A stretch of DNA of 24,000 nucleotides from assembly GCF_003688555.1 (NCBI RefSeq), contig NZ_REFR01000009.1, positions 805,187-829,186 on the forward strand, written 5' to 3'. Both the position numbers and the translations under genes were made by a program. The notes under the pieces were generated by a model. That model made no database searches. It saw only the letters and a program-made list of their open reading frames with translations, and had not been told where the DNA came from. Position 1 is the first letter of the stretch. The number at the start of each line of letters is the position of its first letter. This document shows positions 22,858-24,000 of this stretch, one piece after another. The stretch comes from Eilatimonas milleporae (GTDB lineage Bacteria > Pseudomonadota > Alphaproteobacteria > Sphingomonadales > Kordiimonadaceae).

Positions 22858-24000
22858 TCAGGTCTTTTGCGGCGTGCGGCCGAAATCATCGTCGAAACGG
22901 ACGATGTCATCCTCGCCCAGATAGCTGCCGGTCTGCACCTCGATCAGGGTCAGCGGGGTCTTTCCGGGGTTTTCCAGGCGGTGCCGGCACCCAAGCGGCA
23001 GATAGATGGATTCATCCTCTTTCATCAGCACGGTTTCGTCATCCCGTGTCACCATGGCCGTCCCGGAGACGATCACCCAATGCTCGGCACGGTGATGGTG
23101 CATCTGAAGCGACAGGCGCTTGCCCGGATAGACCGTGATTTCCTTCACCTGATAACGCCCACCGACCGTAATGGAACGGTAGGACCCCCACGGGCGGTAA
23201 ACGGTGGTGTGCAGATCGGCCTCTTCGCGTTCGGCCGCCTTGATACGCGAGACGATTCTTTTCACGTCCTGATCGCGGTTCTTGTCGGAGACAAGGATGG
23301 CGTCATCGGTTGCCACGATAATCAGGTCCTGGATGCCAAGGGCCGTCACCAGCCGGTCGCCGCCATGGACGAGGCAGTCGCGGCAGTCTTCCATCATCAC
23401 GTCGCCGACCGTGACATTGCCGTGTTCGTCCTTGTCCTCGACCGCCCAAAGGGATGAGAAGCTGCCCAGGTCCGACCAGCCGAACTCGGCCGGGACAATC
23501 GCCGCCCGGCCGGTTTTTTCCATAATGGCGTAATCGATGGAATCGGACGGAACGGCCGCGAACAGATCGGGGTCGAGACGCAGAAAATCCAGATCGTTGG
23601 TCAGGGCCCCCATCACCGCCCGCAGGGCGTCCAGCATGGGTTTCTGATACTCCTCCATCGCCTGAAGCAGGGTGTCGGCGCGGAACAGGAACATGCCGCT
23701 GTTCCAGCTGTATTTGCCGTCTTCCAGATACCGGCGGGCGGTCTGCACGTCGGGCTTTTCGCGAAAGGACTCGATCACATAGGCGCCCGTGGCGCCGTCC
23801 AGCGGATCGCCGCCGGCAATATAGCCATAGCCGGTCTCGGGCGCGTCGGGCGTCATTCCGAAACAGCAAAGATACCCTTGCGCGGCCGCCGACGCGGCGG
23901 TCTCGACCGCCTTGTGAAAGCCGGCCATGTCCAGAATGACATGATCCGAGGGCATGATCAGCAACAGGGCGCCGGGATTGTTTTCAGCCACCATCAGGGC
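22858..24000 (-). CDS. manC: mannose-1-phosphate guanylyltransferase / mannose-6-phosphate isomerase (C-terminal about 380 aa; N-terminus beyond the right edge)
   Basis: LIMPSDHVI, GYGYI and EKPD in the nucleotidyltransferase part. The cupin PMI part shows RPWGSY, VKEITVYPGKRLSLQMHHHRAEHWVIVSGTA, and later IYLPLGCRHRLENPG. Confidence 0.88.
   Translation of the reverse strand, partial: ALMVAENNPGALLLIMPSDHVILDMAGFHKAVETAASAAAQGYLCCFGMTPDAPETGYGYIAGGDPLDGATGAYVIESFREKPDVQTARRYLEDGKYSWNSGMFLFRADTLLQAMEEYQKPMLDALRAVMGALTNDLDFLRLDPDLFAAVPSDSIDYAIMEKTGRAAIVPAEFGWSDLGSFSSLWAVEDKDEHGNVTVGDVMMEDCRDCLVHGGDRLVTALGIQDLIIVATDDAILVSDKNRDQDVKRIVSRIKAAEREEADLHTTVYRPWGSYRSITVGGRYQVKEITVYPGKRLSLQMHHHRAEHWVIVSGTAMVTRDDETVLMKEDESIYLPLGCRHRLENPGKTPLTLIEVQTGSYLGEDDIVRFDDDFGRTPQKT

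Overview
High-GC proteobacterial (probably alphaproteobacterial) chromosomal window in three blocks. (1) 1-8356: a minus-strand uptake/catabolism cluster (acyl-CoA synthetase, amidohydrolase-2, MFS transporter, TonB-dependent receptor) with a divergent IclR regulator, then a small ACT-like protein and an Lrp/AsnC regulator. (2) 8503-16588, the accessory region: a minus-strand R-body (reb, killing-trait) locus with six tandem canonical RebB paralogs. It also holds one clearly divergent RebB-like fusion, a possible Reb-like tail gene and an acidic leader gene. A roughly 520-bp extremely AT-rich intergenic island separates this operon from a divergent ECF-type sigma factor. Downstream of the operon lie an orphan IS3 OrfA-like gene and three unannotatable genes with toxin-like signatures: an EndoU-like protein, a Cys/His papain-like protein, and a free-standing paralog of the latter's N-terminal domain. 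(3) 16651-24000: nucleotide-sugar/polysaccharide genes (UDP-glucuronate 4-epimerase-like, pgi, galU, a second epimerase, a methyltransferase with regulatory domain, partial manC). R-bodies are a described structure. The possibly new part is the linkage of this expanded reb array to an ECF sigma factor, an AT-rich control island and adjacent toxin-like genes. No rRNA, tRNA or CRISPR array was recognised. All family calls come from reading motifs by eye; no searches were run.
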